Source of the DNA: an uncultured Acidobacteriota bacterium
Lineage (GTDB): Bacteria; Acidobacteriota; Vicinamibacteria; Vicinamibacterales; 2-12-FULL-66-21
Assembly: GCA_963847125.1 (NCBI GenBank)
Contig: CAWJYM010000006.1
Coordinates: 6,602 to 70,601, forward strand
Direction of reading: 5' to 3'
Length of the DNA: 64,000 nt
Positions within the stretch are counted from its first letter, which is position 1; each line of letters starts with the position of its first letter. The notes beneath the pieces are model-generated. The model saw nothing but the letters and a program-made list of their open reading frames with translations, did not search any database and was not told where the DNA came from. Made by a program: the position numbers and the translations under genes. This document shows, piece after piece, positions 43,713 to 51,671 of this stretch.

Positions 43713-44348
43713 ATGCTGAGACGCGTTGTGCCGTGTGTCGTCCTCGCCTGCACGTTGACCGCATCGAACGCCTCCGCCCAATGGATCAAGGAAACAGCGA
43801 AGCGGTCCGGCATCGGCGGATCCGTCGGCGGCATCTTCACGACCGACGACGACGTCAGCCTCGGTCCGGCATTCGGCTTCAACTTCGGCCTCGCCCCTGA
43901 GCCAGGCCTCGGTGCGACGCTCGGTTTCGGGTGGTATCAGGCTGACCTGACTCTCCCGGGCGTCTCCGGCGACGTGGAGGTCGGGCGCCTCCGCGTTCGT
44001 CCCATCATGGCCGGCATCGGCTACACGTGGGTGACCGGTCGGGTGGCGACAGGCGTGTCAGTGAACGCCGGCATCAGCATCAACTCGATCCGTCTGGACG
44101 ACCAGTACCGCAACTTCTTCGGACCTGGCACCGAGGTCACCGTCGACGCGAGCAACAGCTTCTGTGTCCGGCCTCAGCTAAGGGTCGAATACGCGGCAGG
44201 GCGGAAGGTCGGCATCTTCTCGAGCGCCGGCTTCTTCTTCACCGAGTTCGACAACGTCATCGAGACGCCGGTCGGCCGCTTCGACAACACGTGGGACGCG
44301 AGCAGCTTCAACGTGTTCGTCGGCGTGATGGTCTACCCCTTCAAGTGA
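43713..44348 (+). CDS. small outer-membrane beta-barrel protein
   Basis: 211 aa. Signal MLRRVVPCVVLACTLTASNASAQ, alternating beta pattern, ending ..VFVGVMVYPFK. Confidence 0.5.
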   Translation: MLRRVVPCVVLACTLTASNASAQWIKETAKRSGIGGSVGGIFTTDDDVSLGPAFGFNFGLAPEPGLGATLGFGWYQADLTLPGVSGDVEVGRLRVRPIMAGIGYTWVTGRVATGVSVNAGISINSIRLDDQYRNFFGPGTEVTVDASNSFCVRPQLRVEYAAGRKVGIFSSAGFFFTEFDNVIETPVGRFDNTWDASSFNVFVGVMVYPFK

Positions 44349-44366
44349 GGCCTCGAAATAGGCGCC

Positions 44367-44984
44367 TCAGAAACCAGCGCGCCGAAGGGCCGCGGCGTAG
44401 TCCTCGACCGTATTGCAGGTCTGGAAGCTCTCGAGATCGGGATCGACGTCACGCAGCTCGTCGGGCTGGACACGTCGCGCGTGCACGTGGTCGAGGAGAT
44501 CGCGCGTGCGGAGCGCCCGTCTGGCGACGAGCGCCTCGACAATCGGCACTATCGAGCGCGCGTAGACGGCCGCCGTCATCATGAGATGGCCGTCGATTAA
44601 CGGGACCGCGGCATCGTAGCCCGTGCTGAGCTCGAGAAGCCGCCCGATGAGGGCGGGACGGAGGAACGGCGCGTCACACGCCGTCACGAACGCCCGGTCT
44701 GCCTTCACGTGGCGGAGGCCGACCATCAGCCCGGCCAGTGGCCCGAGGCCTTCCGCAGGGTCCCGTAGCGCCTCGAATCCCTCAGGCAGCGTCTGGCCTT
44801 CCCGCGCCACGAGCACGACATCGTCCGCCGCCTGCCGGACGATCCTGACGGCGCGCGCGAGGAGCGTTTCGCCGCCGAACGGGAGCGACGCCTTGTCGCG
44901 CCCCATGCGCGTCGAGCGTCCGCCGCAGAGCACGATGGCCGACCGGGTCGCGGACTGTATAAGATCTCCGCCGATGATCGTCAT
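44367..44984 (-). CDS. mobA: molybdenum cofactor guanylyltransferase
   Basis: AIVLCGGRSTRMGRDKASLPF signature. Start at 44984 or 45011. Confidence 0.7.
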   Translation of the reverse strand: MTIIGGDLIQSATRSAIVLCGGRSTRMGRDKASLPFGGETLLARAVRIVRQAADDVVLVAREGQTLPEGFEALRDPAEGLGPLAGLMVGLRHVKADRAFVTACDAPFLRPALIGRLLELSTGYDAAVPLIDGHLMMTAAVYARSIVPIVEALVARRALRTRDLLDHVHARRVQPDELRDVDPDLESFQTCNTVEDYAAALRRAGF

Positions 44985-45465
44985 TCTGATGGGGGTTTCC
45001 GGATCCGGCAAGACGACGGTCGGCCGGATGCTGGCCGGCGAGCTCGGGTGGGAATTCCTCGAGGCGGACGAGTTTCATCCGCCGGCCAACATCGACAAGA
45101 TGCGGCGCGGAGAACCGCTCGACGACGCGGATCGCGATCCCTGGCTCGCGGCGATCGCGAAGGCGCTCGACGAGCGCGTGCAAGCCGGCCGGAATGCGGT
45201 CCTCGCCTGCTCGGCGCTCAAGCACGCGTACCGCAAACGGCTGCGGGTCGCTCCGGAGGTCCGCTTCGTCTACCTGAAAGGGACGTTCGAGGAGATCGAG
45301 GAACGGCTCGGCGATCGCCGCGGGCACTTCTTCTCACCCGATCTGCTCGAGAGTCAGTTCGAGGCGCTCGAAGAGCCGCACGACGCGCTCGTCGTCGATA
45401 TTTCGAACCCACCCGCGGCGATCGTTCGCGAAATCACTCGCGAGCTCGAGATCAACCACCAGTAA
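44974..45465 (+). CDS. gntK: gluconokinase
   Basis: ATG 44974 within ORF 44623..45465 gives MIVILMGVSGSGKTTVGRMLAGELGWEFLEADEFHP..ACSALKHAYR. Confidence 0.8.
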   Translation: MIVILMGVSGSGKTTVGRMLAGELGWEFLEADEFHPPANIDKMRRGEPLDDADRDPWLAAIAKALDERVQAGRNAVLACSALKHAYRKRLRVAPEVRFVYLKGTFEEIEERLGDRRGHFFSPDLLESQFEALEEPHDALVVDISNPPAAIVREITRELEINHQ

Positions 45466-45468
45466 TCT

Positions 45469-46869
45469 TCAATCGCGCCCCCGCGGAGCATTCCAGCCAC
45501 CCACTTCCCTGGCCAGCGCCTCTGCCTCCGTGGGACCCCAGGTCCCCGGGTCGTACTCGTGTAAGCGGCCGCCGTCCCGGATGACGGGATCGACGATGGC
45601 CCACGCCGCTTCGACGACGTCCTGGCGGGCGAAAAGGGTGGCATCTCCGGCGATCGCGTCGCCGAGCAGGCGCTCGTAGGCGTCCATGCGCCCTTCGGTC
45701 CCCTGCTCCGGCAATTGCACGACGGACAGCTCGACCGGCTCCCCTTTCATGCCCTCGCCGGGCGACTTCGCCCGCGCGCCGATTGCAATCTCCACGTCGG
45801 GGCTCACGCGGAACCGAACGTAGTTGCCGAGCGACGGCATCGGCTCTTTGAACACGACGAGCGGGGGGTTCCGCAGCTCGACGATCACCTCTGTCGCCGT
45901 GAGGGCGAGGCACTTGCCGGCTCGCACGTAGAACGGCACGCCTTCCCAACGCCAGGAGTCCACGTGGAGCCGCAGCGCCGCATAGGTGGGCACCGGTGAG
46001 TCCTGCGCGACGTTGGCCTCGCGTCGATAGCCGCGGAACTGGCCGATGACCAGATCATCGACGCTGAGCGGCCGCGTCGTGCGCAGCACCTTCGCCTGCT
46101 CGTCGTGGATCGTCTCGGCGTGGACGCCGGCGGGGGCCTCCATCGCCAGGTAGCTCACGATCTGCAGCAGGTGATTCTGGATGACGTCCCGGATCACGCC
46201 CATCTCTTCGTACAGTTTGCCGCGCCCGTCGACGCCGAAGCGCTCCGCCATCGTGATCTGAACGTTCTCGACGTAATGCCTGTTCCAGATCGGCTCGAGG
46301 AAGGCGTTGGAGAAGCGGAAATAGAGAATGTTCTGCACCGCCTCCTTGCCGAGATAGTGATCGATGCGGAAGATCGCATCCTCTGGAAAGACCTCGTGGA
46401 GCGTCTCGTTGAGCGCGCGCGCGGACGCGAGATCGCGGCCGAACGGTTTCTCGATGATGACGCGCGCCCCGTGCGTGCATCCCGCTTCCCTGAGCTGGCG
46501 CACGACGACCGGGAACATGCTCGGCGGGATCGCGAGGTAGTGCGCGGGACGCTGAGCCTCTCCCAGCTCCGTCCGGAGGCGCTTGAACGTCGCCGGATCG
46601 TTGTAGTCGCCGTCGACGTAGCGCAGCCGATCGGCCAGCGTCGGGAAGGCCTTCGGATCGACGCCGCCGCCGTGCTCCTCGACGCTGGCCCTCGCCCGCT
46701 CGATCAGCTGCTCCCGCGTCCAGCCGGATCGACCGACCCCGACGATAGCGAAATCGAGCCGCCCGCGCCGCGCCATCGCCTGAAACGCCGGAAAGATCTT
46801 CTTGTAGGCCAGGTCGCCGGAAGCGCCGAAGAAGACGAGGGCGTCGGATCGGCGGCTGTCGTCGGTCAT
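45469..46869 (-). CDS. zwf: glucose-6-phosphate 1-dehydrogenase
   Basis: Intact 466 aa with [16 protein letters not shown] and RIDHYLGKE. Confidence 0.9.
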   Translation of the reverse strand: MTDDSRRSDALVFFGASGDLAYKKIFPAFQAMARRGRLDFAIVGVGRSGWTREQLIERARASVEEHGGGVDPKAFPTLADRLRYVDGDYNDPATFKRLRTELGEAQRPAHYLAIPPSMFPVVVRQLREAGCTHGARVIIEKPFGRDLASARALNETLHEVFPEDAIFRIDHYLGKEAVQNILYFRFSNAFLEPIWNRHYVENVQITMAERFGVDGRGKLYEEMGVIRDVIQNHLLQIVSYLAMEAPAGVHAETIHDEQAKVLRTTRPLSVDDLVIGQFRGYRREANVAQDSPVPTYAALRLHVDSWRWEGVPFYVRAGKCLALTATEVIVELRNPPLVVFKEPMPSLGNYVRFRVSPDVEIAIGARAKSPGEGMKGEPVELSVVQLPEQGTEGRMDAYERLLGDAIAGDATLFARQDVVEAAWAIVDPVIRDGGRLHEYDPGTWGPTEAEALAREVGGWNAPRGRD

Positions 46870-46880
46870 GTGGTCCTAGC

Positions 46881-47050
46881 TCACGGAGGCAAGGGAGGGC
46901 ACGGAGAATGACAAACACGGAGACACGGAGATCACGGAGTTGCCTGTTGTGGCCTTCCTCAAACCTTGGTTTCTCCGTGTCCTCCGTGTCTCCGTGTTTA
47001 TCACTTTCCGTGACCTCCGTACCCTCCGTGATCACCGCCGCTCCGTGTGC
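46881..47050. repeat. long imperfect hairpin built from inverted arrays of the heptamer CACGGAG / CTCCGTG
   Basis: The left arm has 5 copies of CACGGAG and the right arm has 6-7 copies of CTCCGTG. The arms are complementary over about 40 nt. The last unit encodes the gnd C-terminus (..GGHTERR). Confidence 0.7.
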
Positions 47051-48043
47051 CCCCCGAACCCGTACCGCATCGCCGACAGCACCTTGTTCGCGAACAGGTC
47101 GAGATCACGCGACGCGAACCGCTCGAAGAGCGCGGCCGTCAGCACGTGCGCCGGCACGCCCTCGTCGTTGGCCGCCTGCACCGTCCACCGTCCCTCGCCC
47201 GAGTCGGCGACGGTGCCGCCGAACTTCTCGAGCGTCGGATCGGCGGCGAGCGCCTGGGCCGTCAGATCGAGCAGCCACGAGCTGACGACGCTTCCCCGCC
47301 GCCACAGCTCGGTCACATCCGCCAGGTCGAAATCGTATTGATAGTGCTCCGGGTGCCTGAGCGGCGCGGTCTCGGCATCTTTCTCGTGGCTTGCCTTCCC
47401 GACGTTGGCGCGTTTCAGGATGTTGAGACCCTCGGCGTACGCCGCCATGAGCCCGTACTCGATTCCGTTGTGGATCATCTTCACGAAGTGCCCCGCGCCC
47501 GCGGGACCGCAGTGCAGGTAGCCATGCTCGGCGGTACTCTGCCGGCCCTCGCGGCCTGGTGTCCGCGCAATCTGTCCCGGACCAGGCGATAGCGTCTTGA
47601 AGATCGGATCGAGCCGCGCGACGACCTCCTTCTCGCCGCCAATCATCAGGCAGTAGCCGCGGTCGAGCCCCCACACGCCGCCGCTGGTGCCCATGTCCAC
47701 GTAGTGCATCCCCCGAGCGCTCAAGCGCTGGGCGCGCGCGATGTCATCCTGGTAGTGGGAGTTCCCGCCGTCGATGATGGTGTCTCCCCGCGCCAGCAAC
47801 GGGACCAGCTCGTCGATCGTCGCCTCGACGATCGCGGCCGGCACCATGAGGCAGATCGTTCTCGGAGGGCCGAGCTTCGCGACGAAATCGGCGAGCGAGG
47901 AGCCGCCGGACGCTCCGTCCTGAACCAGCGCGTCGACCGCCGGCAGCCGCCCGGTCGTACACCACGCACGCGTGGCCGCCGAGCATCAGGCGGCGGACCA
48001 TGTTTCCACCCATTCGGCCGAGGCCGATCATCCCGAGCTGCAT
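47032..48043 (-). CDS. gnd: 6-phosphogluconate dehydrogenase, decarboxylating, short (Gnd-like) form (frame break near 47945)
   Basis: [19 protein letters not shown] (ORF 47744..48043) joins ORF 47032..47847 (..[37 protein letters not shown]..). Confidence 0.85.
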
Positions 48044-48056
48044 TCGTGAGCCCCCA

Positions 48057-48105
48057 CGCGGGGCCTGAGAGGCCCGCGTTCAAACGCGGGCCTGAGAGGC
48101 CCGCG
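48057..48105. repeat. two tandem copies of a GC hairpin (CGCGGGCC-TGAGA-GGCCCGCG); likely terminator of the ECF sigma gene
   Basis: Copies at 48057..48078 and 48085..48105, directly 3' of the sigma-factor stop. Confidence 0.55.
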
Positions 48106-48118
48106 CTCCCGGCGGGAA

Positions 48119-48787
48119 CTATGTCACAGGCGCAGATGGGGCGGGAAGAGACGCGGGAGCCTCGGCGATCTGTTGCATCACGCGCGCGACGACCAGGTCG
48201 CATCGCGACGCGTGGAACTGGAAGGCCTCGGCGGTGGCGGCGCCGGCCCGCGCGTAGAGCTCGTCGCGGAGCAGGCCGCGCGCGCGATGCAGGCGGGTCT
48301 TGACCGTGTCCTCGTTGATCTCCAGGCACTCGGCCGTGTCGATCGTGCTCAGCCCCTCGACCTCCCGAAGCATGAACACGACGCGGTAGCTCTCGGGCAG
48401 CGCTTCCAGCGCCGCCTCGAGCATGCGCCTGAGCTCGCCCGCGAACGCCTGGTGCTCGGGGTCCGGCAATGCCGATGGATGAGCGTCCATGCTGGCAGGA
48501 TCGATCGACCCATTCCCGTCGGCCGGCGACCGTCGCCGCGCGCGGGCGAGCGCCTCGTGGACGGCGATCTTCGTGAGCCACGTCGCGAAGCGTGCCCGTT
48601 CGGCGAACTGATCCAGATGGAAGAAGGCGTTCACGTAGGCCTGCTGGATGGCATCCTCAATCTCGTTCGAGTTGCCCATGATAGAGCGTACGACGCGATA
48701 CAGTCGCTGGTTATAGCGGCGCATCAGCACTTCAAAGAGCGCCGTATCGCCAGCCCGGACGCGTTGAAGCAGCTCTTCATCAGACAT
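48119..48787 (-). CDS. ECF-type sigma-70 family factor with about 40-aa C-terminal extension
   Basis: ATG 48787 gives MSDEELLQRVRAGDTALFEVLMRRYNQRLYRVV.. (region 2), ..ESYRVVFMLREVEGLSTIDTAECLEINEDTVKTRLHRAR.. (region 4), then ..AEAFQFHASRCDLVVARVMQQI. Confidence 0.8.
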   Translation of the reverse strand: MSDEELLQRVRAGDTALFEVLMRRYNQRLYRVVRSIMGNSNEIEDAIQQAYVNAFFHLDQFAERARFATWLTKIAVHEALARARRRSPADGNGSIDPASMDAHPSALPDPEHQAFAGELRRMLEAALEALPESYRVVFMLREVEGLSTIDTAECLEINEDTVKTRLHRARGLLRDELYARAGAATAEAFQFHASRCDLVVARVMQQIAEAPASLPAPSAPVT

Positions 48788-48822
48788 ACATACAAAGAGT
48801 AATCGAGGTGCCAAAAGGTTCC

Positions 48823-49032
48823 CGCCTTCGCGCTACGCGCTTCGGCGGGGCAAGCCCGGCGTCGCGCTCCGCGCTTCGGCGGGGCAAGCCCGGCGTCGCG
48901 CTCCGCGCTTCGGCGGGGCAAGCCCGGCGTCGCGCTCCGCGCTTCGGCGGCCGGCAGGCCCGGCGTCGCGCTCCGCGCTTCGGCGGGGCAAGCCCGGCGT
49001 CGCGCTCCGCGCTTCGGCGGGGCAGGCCCACC
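48823..49032. repeat. tandem repeat, six units of 34 bp (one of 36 bp)
   Basis: TTCGGCGG phase markers at 48841, 48875, 48909, 48943, 48979 and 49013. The unit is TTCGGCGGGGCAAGCCCGGCGTCGCGCTCCGCGC. It lies in the divergent region between the ECF sigma and the di-haem gene. Confidence 0.85.
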
Positions 49033-49096
49033 CGCTCATCCCTTAGACATTGTCACCTCGGACGAGCTGCGCACTCTATAGAGAAAGGAGGCTCCC

Positions 49097-50428
49097 ATGC
49101 GCCGTTCCGTCACGCTCGTGCTTGCGGCCGCTGCAGGCGGCTGGGCTCTGTCGCTCGCCAGCATCTCGATTCTGCGCGCCGACGACGACCATCGATCGAA
49201 AAGGTCTGACGATCCCCTGTTCGCCCAGTCGGAGCAAATGCTGCGCGAGGGGCGGAAAACGTTCCGGTCCGATACCTTCGGAGACGAGGCATTCTGGGGA
49301 GGAACGCTCGAGCTGCACGAGGCCGTGGCCGGCCGGAAGCTCGGCGGGGTCGGTCCGGGCCTGAGCCCCAAAGCCGCCCTGGGGATCGGCCTGAAGGTCG
49401 ATCTCGACCAACTTCCCCGTGAGCTCGTCCGCCTGCTGCGTCGAGGCAGAGTCAACCTGGACGACGCCGCGACTACCCTTGCCCTGCTCCGCCTCGACGC
49501 CGTCGTCGGCCTGACCGGCTTCTTCGACGATGGGCGGCTGAAATCGATTGGGATCCAGTGCGCGCTGTGCCATTCGACCGTCGATAACTCGTTCGCGTTC
49601 GGCATCGGCCGCCGGCTGGACGGCTGGGCGGCCCGTGACCTGAACGTCGGAGCCATCATCGGGCTCGCGCCCAACCTGCAGCCGTTAGCCGATCTGCTGG
49701 GCGTCGACGTGGCGACGGTGAAGAAAGTGGTCGGGGCGTGGGGCCCGGGCAAGTTCGACGCCGAGCTGTTGCTCGACGGCCAGGGGTTCAGGCCGGACGG
49801 TAAGACCGCGGCGACGCTCATTCCACCAGCCTTCGGGCTCGCGGGCGTGAACCTCCACACCTGGACGGGCTGGGGCGGCGTGAGCCACTGGAACGCCTTC
49901 GTCGCCAACATCGAGATGGGCGGGTCGGGGATTTTCTACGACCCGCGGCTCGACAATGCCGAGCAGTTCCCGGTCGCCGCGAGAGCCGGGTTCGGCAACA
50001 TCCGGAACTCGCCGGATCGCATCACGCCGAAGCTCGCCGCGCTCCAGTTCTACCAGCTCGCGCTGCAGGCGCCGCCGGCGCCGCGGCACGTGTTCGACTC
50101 GAACATGGCGCGGCGAGGGAAGGTCCTGTTCAACGGACGCGCGCAGTGCTCGACCTGTCACGTGCCGCCACTCTTCACCGAGCCTGGCTGGAACATGCAC
50201 ACCGCCGAAGAGATCGGCATCGATCCGTTCCAGGCCGATCGCTCGCCGGACCGCCGATATCGGACCGCGCCCTTGAAGGGGTTGTGGACGCACATGAAGG
50301 GCGGCTTCTACCACGACGGGCGGTTCGCGACGCTTCGCGACGTGGTCGAGCACTACGATCGACTGCTGTCGCTCGGGCTCTCCGAGCCGCAGAAGCGCGA
50401 GCTCGTCGAGTATTTGAAGTCGTTGTAG
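49097..50428 (+). CDS. secreted di-haem cytochrome c (peroxidase-like) protein
   Basis: Intact 443 aa with a signal peptide and two CxxCH motifs (CALCH, CSTCH). The second lies in a GRAQCSTCHVPPLFTE context typical of di-haem peroxidase-type folds. Confidence 0.6.
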   Translation: MRRSVTLVLAAAAGGWALSLASISILRADDDHRSKRSDDPLFAQSEQMLREGRKTFRSDTFGDEAFWGGTLELHEAVAGRKLGGVGPGLSPKAALGIGLKVDLDQLPRELVRLLRRGRVNLDDAATTLALLRLDAVVGLTGFFDDGRLKSIGIQCALCHSTVDNSFAFGIGRRLDGWAARDLNVGAIIGLAPNLQPLADLLGVDVATVKKVVGAWGPGKFDAELLLDGQGFRPDGKTAATLIPPAFGLAGVNLHTWTGWGGVSHWNAFVANIEMGGSGIFYDPRLDNAEQFPVAARAGFGNIRNSPDRITPKLAALQFYQLALQAPPAPRHVFDSNMARRGKVLFNGRAQCSTCHVPPLFTEPGWNMHTAEEIGIDPFQADRSPDRRYRTAPLKGLWTHMKGGFYHDGRFATLRDVVEHYDRLLSLGLSEPQKRELVEYLKSL

Positions 50429-50570
50429 GTCAGAATTCAGAATACAGAATCTAGAATACAGAATGCAGGATTCAGAAGGCTCTCGTTCGAACGTCCGGAT
50501 GACCCGAGCGTTTCGTTTCTTCTGGATTCTGAATTCTGAATTCTAAATTCTGAATTCTAAATTCTGAATC
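50429..50570. repeat. hairpin made of inverted arrays of AGAAT(T/A)C motifs; probable bidirectional terminator
   Basis: Left arm: CAGAATTCAGAATACAGAATCTAGAATACAGAATGCAGGATTCAGAAG. Right arm: CTTCTGGATTCTGAATTCTGAATTCTAAATTCTGAATTCTAAATTCTGAATC. It lies between convergent stops. Confidence 0.7.
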
Positions 50571-50571
50571 G

Positions 50572-50940
50572 CTACCTTCTCGCGTCGAGCGCGAGCCGGA
50601 TGTCGTCGAGCAGCAGATCTTCGTTGAACGGCTTCCGGAGGAAGGAGACCGCGCCCTTCTGGATGGCGCGCTCCTTCATTTCTTCGGTGCCGTACGCGCT
50701 CATGAAAATGATCGGGATCCGCGGGCTGAGCGCCGCCAGCTCGCGCTGGAGGTCGAGTCCGCTCATGCCCGGGAGCCGCACGTCGAGGATGAGGCACGCC
50801 GTCTCGCGATCGCCCCGCTGCAGGAACTCCTCCGCCGATCCGAACGAATCCGCCGTAAGGCCCGCCGATTTCATCAAGCGCTGGAGGGCGCGCCGAATCG
50901 ACTCGTCGTCGTCCACGATGGTGACGAGGACCACCGCCAT
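50572..50940 (-). CDS. single-domain response regulator (receiver only)
   Basis: 122 aa: MAVVLVTIVDDDESIRRAL..ILDVRLPGMSGLDL..FLRKPF. Confidence 0.85.
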   Translation of the reverse strand: MAVVLVTIVDDDESIRRALQRLMKSAGLTADSFGSAEEFLQRGDRETACLILDVRLPGMSGLDLQRELAALSPRIPIIFMSAYGTEEMKERAIQKGAVSFLRKPFNEDLLLDDIRLALDARR

Positions 50941-50944
50941 CTCT

Positions 50945-50996
50945 CCTCCCGTCCACCAGATGATGAGCGCCGGAGCCGGCCGACCCGGACGGGAGG
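50945..50996 (-). promoter_or_regulatory. SD-sequestering hairpin in front of the receiver-only regulator
   Basis: In the mRNA sense, CCUCCCGUCC (50996..50987) pairs perfectly with GGACGGGAGG (50954..50945). The second arm is the Shine-Dalgarno, 4 nt before AUG 50940. Confidence 0.4.
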
Positions 50997-51047
50997 AACG
51001 TTAACAGCCTCCGGGGGCGACGGGAATAGGACCTTGGTCCATCCCCG

Positions 51048-51671
51048 TTATGAGGCGCGAGGAGGCGTGGGCAGATGGTCGGCCATCCGAACCAGCTCCG
51101 CGAGCGAGCCGGCGTGCATCTTTTGCATCACCTGTGCCCGGTGCACTTTGACCGTTTTCTCGGAAATCCCGAGCTCGGCGGCGACCTGCTTGTTGAGAAG
51201 GCCGGTCACGACGAGCCGCATCACCTGGCGCTCGCGCGGCGTCAGCTCGTCATAGCGACGGCGCAGCCCCGTCGCCTCCGAGCGCTTGCGGAGCGCCTCG
51301 CGGTCGCGGTCGAGCGCCTTCCGAATCGCCTCGAGGAGCTCCTGCTCGCGCAGCGGCTTGGTCAGGAACTCCGACGCGCCCGCTTTCATGGCCCGCACGG
51401 TGACGGGGATGTCGCCGTGGCCGGTGATGAAGATGATGGGCATCGGCCGCTCGATGCCGGCCAGCTCGCGCTGGACGTCGAGTCCGCTCGTGCCCGGCAG
51501 CCGCAGGTCGAGGACGAGGCACTGCGGCCCGTCCGTGCGCGGGGTTCGAAGGAACTCGTCCGCCGTCCCGAACGTCTGACACGCGAACCCCACCGATCCC
51601 AGCAGCCGCTTCAACGCCGTCCGCACGGAGGCATCGTCGTCGACGACGTAGACGGTCTGATCTTCAATCAC
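51048..51671 (-). CDS. FixJ/LuxR-family response regulator (REC + HTH)
   Basis: GTG 51671 overlaps the kinase stop (GTGATTGA). Contains VYVVDDD, LDLRLPGTSGLDV, and the HTH LTPRERQVMRLVVTGLLNKQVAAELGISEKTVKVHR. Confidence 0.85.
   Translation of the reverse strand: MIEDQTVYVVDDDASVRTALKRLLGSVGFACQTFGTADEFLRTPRTDGPQCLVLDLRLPGTSGLDVQRELAGIERPMPIIFITGHGDIPVTVRAMKAGASEFLTKPLREQELLEAIRKALDRDREALRKRSEATGLRRRYDELTPRERQVMRLVVTGLLNKQVAAELGISEKTVKVHRAQVMQKMHAGSLAELVRMADHLPTPPRAS

Noticed and set aside
48823-49032. Possible CRISPR array, because of regular 34-bp repeats.
   Set aside because: The repeats are directly contiguous with no unique spacers, and no cas genes are present in the window. It is a plain tandem repeat.
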